From contig CAJMSU010000001.1 of assembly GCA_905216155.1 (NCBI GenBank), forward strand, positions 8,412-72,411: a stretch of 64,000 nucleotides of DNA, written 5' to 3'. Positions 63,141 to 64,000 of the stretch are shown in pieces. The stretch comes from an uncultured bacterium. GTDB lineage: Bacteria > Bacillota_I > Bacilli_A > RF39 > UBA660. Positions within the stretch are counted from its first letter, which is position 1. Every line of letters begins with the position of its first letter. The notes below the pieces were generated by a model, which was not told the DNA's origin, made no database searches, and saw only the letters and a program-made list of their open reading frames with translations. Made by a program: the position numbers and the translations under genes.

Positions 63141-64000
63141 TTAATTCCATAAATTATTTTTATATTCGCCTTTTTGTACTAAGTCATTTATCGCTTTTTT
63201 TACATTATCTTTATCTTCTTTATAGGTTACACCATACCAAGTTGCAGTGGTTTTTAATACATCTACTGTTGAATAATTTTCTTTTATACTATCAAATAAT
63301 ACATCTGGTATTAAAAATTCACATTTTTCCATATCATTTTTGTTATTTTCTAAAAACTCTGGGAATTTTTTTTCAATATATTCAAATATGCTTGGAGTAA
63401 ATAGTAGCATGTTCATTGATACTGTATCATCTTCTTCTACTTCAAATGGTTTTGATCCATTTAATGGAGTTGCTACTATCTTATTATTAACCTTTTCTAC
63501 AGAACTTTCTATTAACTTCTGTAATTTATTATCTTTTACTTCACATACTCCTCTTTTTACTGAACCATTTTCTGTTATTGTATTTTTTACTAAATATCCT
63601 ACCATACCATATTGATATGGTTTTTCTTCTTTAATATTTTTTAAAAATTCTGCTGCTTTAATATAAGCATCCCTTCCATAGAAATCATCAGCATTAATAA
63701 TCATGAATGGCTCTTTTACTTTTTCTTTACAGCATAATATCGCATGAGCTGTACCTAGTGGTTTTGTTCTTTCTTTTGGTATTTCATACCCTTGTGGCAA
63801 GTTATCATTTTTTTGGAAACAATATTCTACTTTTATATGTGGTTCTACTCTTTTACCTATTGTTTCTTTAAATATTTCATAGTTTTCTTCTTTTATTAGA
63901 AAAACTATCTTTGTAAAACCAGCATTAATGGCATCATAAACTGAGTAATCTATTATAAATTCTCCGTTAGGTCCCATTGGTTCTATTTGTTTTAATCCTC
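63141..64000 (-). CDS. Sugar-phosphate nucleotidyltransferase family protein (N-terminus beyond window end)
   Basis: The PLGTAHAILC and IINADDFYG motifs fit the NTP_transferase fold. The reading frame stays open upstream of the track start to position 64000. Confidence 0.65.
   Translation of the reverse strand, partial: GLKQIEPMGPNGEFIIDYSVYDAINAGFTKIVFLIKEENYEIFKETIGKRVEPHIKVEYCFQKNDNLPQGYEIPKERTKPLGTAHAILCCKEKVKEPFMIINADDFYGRDAYIKAAEFLKNIKEEKPYQYGMVGYLVKNTITENGSVKRGVCEVKDNKLQKLIESSVEKVNNKIVATPLNGSKPFEVEEDDTVSMNMLLFTPSIFEYIEKKFPEFLENNKNDMEKCEFLIPDVLFDSIKENYSTVDVLKTTATWYGVTYKEDKDNVKKAINDLVQKGEYKNNLWN

Overview
This is a very AT-rich chromosome segment from an endospore-forming Firmicute. It uses the standard genetic code and almost every gene lies on the minus strand.

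Left end: partial scpA, a GyrI-like/RNHCP gene pair, and the sporulation neighbourhood (spoIIAA-like, sigF, a transglutaminase-like gene, spoVAC/AD/AE). These are followed by dagK and a 1105-aa secreted GH25 muramidase with six ricin-type beta-trefoils.

Centre (about 12.5-35.3 kb): a ~23-kb single-strand cell-wall glycopolymer locus.
- TagGH-type ABC exporter and a TagF-like glycerophosphotransferase.
- Several GT2/GT4/GT32-like glycosyltransferases and a Wzy/O-antigen-ligase-like::GT4 fusion.
- GtrA plus GT2 plus large polytopic membrane proteins.
- Two acyltransferase-3 genes, GalE and an SGNH hydrolase.
- The locus is bordered by a decayed ISLre2-type element.

Right half: a kinase-less six-PASTA membrane protein, M29 aminopeptidase, a 1.2-kaa GH73 glucosaminidase, a multidomain LCP ligase, TetR and LtaS. 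Then come an internally deleted IS30 remnant, YihY, a degenerate-GGDEF sensor, gatCAB, a cohesin/cadherin-like surface protein, ligA, BI-1 and a partial nucleotidyltransferase.

I saw no rRNA/tRNA, CRISPR array, prophage or canonical defence system.

The most notable observations are:
1. A sigma-F module with no SpoIIAB, whose SpoIIAA-like protein lacks the phospho-serine and which is preceded by two perfect Spo0A boxes.
2. A three-copy hairpin-terminator block linked to decaying Rpn (YhgA/transposase_31-like) genes. Only the C-terminal RpnS-like mini-protein survives intact.
3. Homopolymer-linked frameshift and promoter tracts, plus coiled-coil tail modules, inside the glycopolymer locus.

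All family assignments are by-eye motif recognition and no database search was run.
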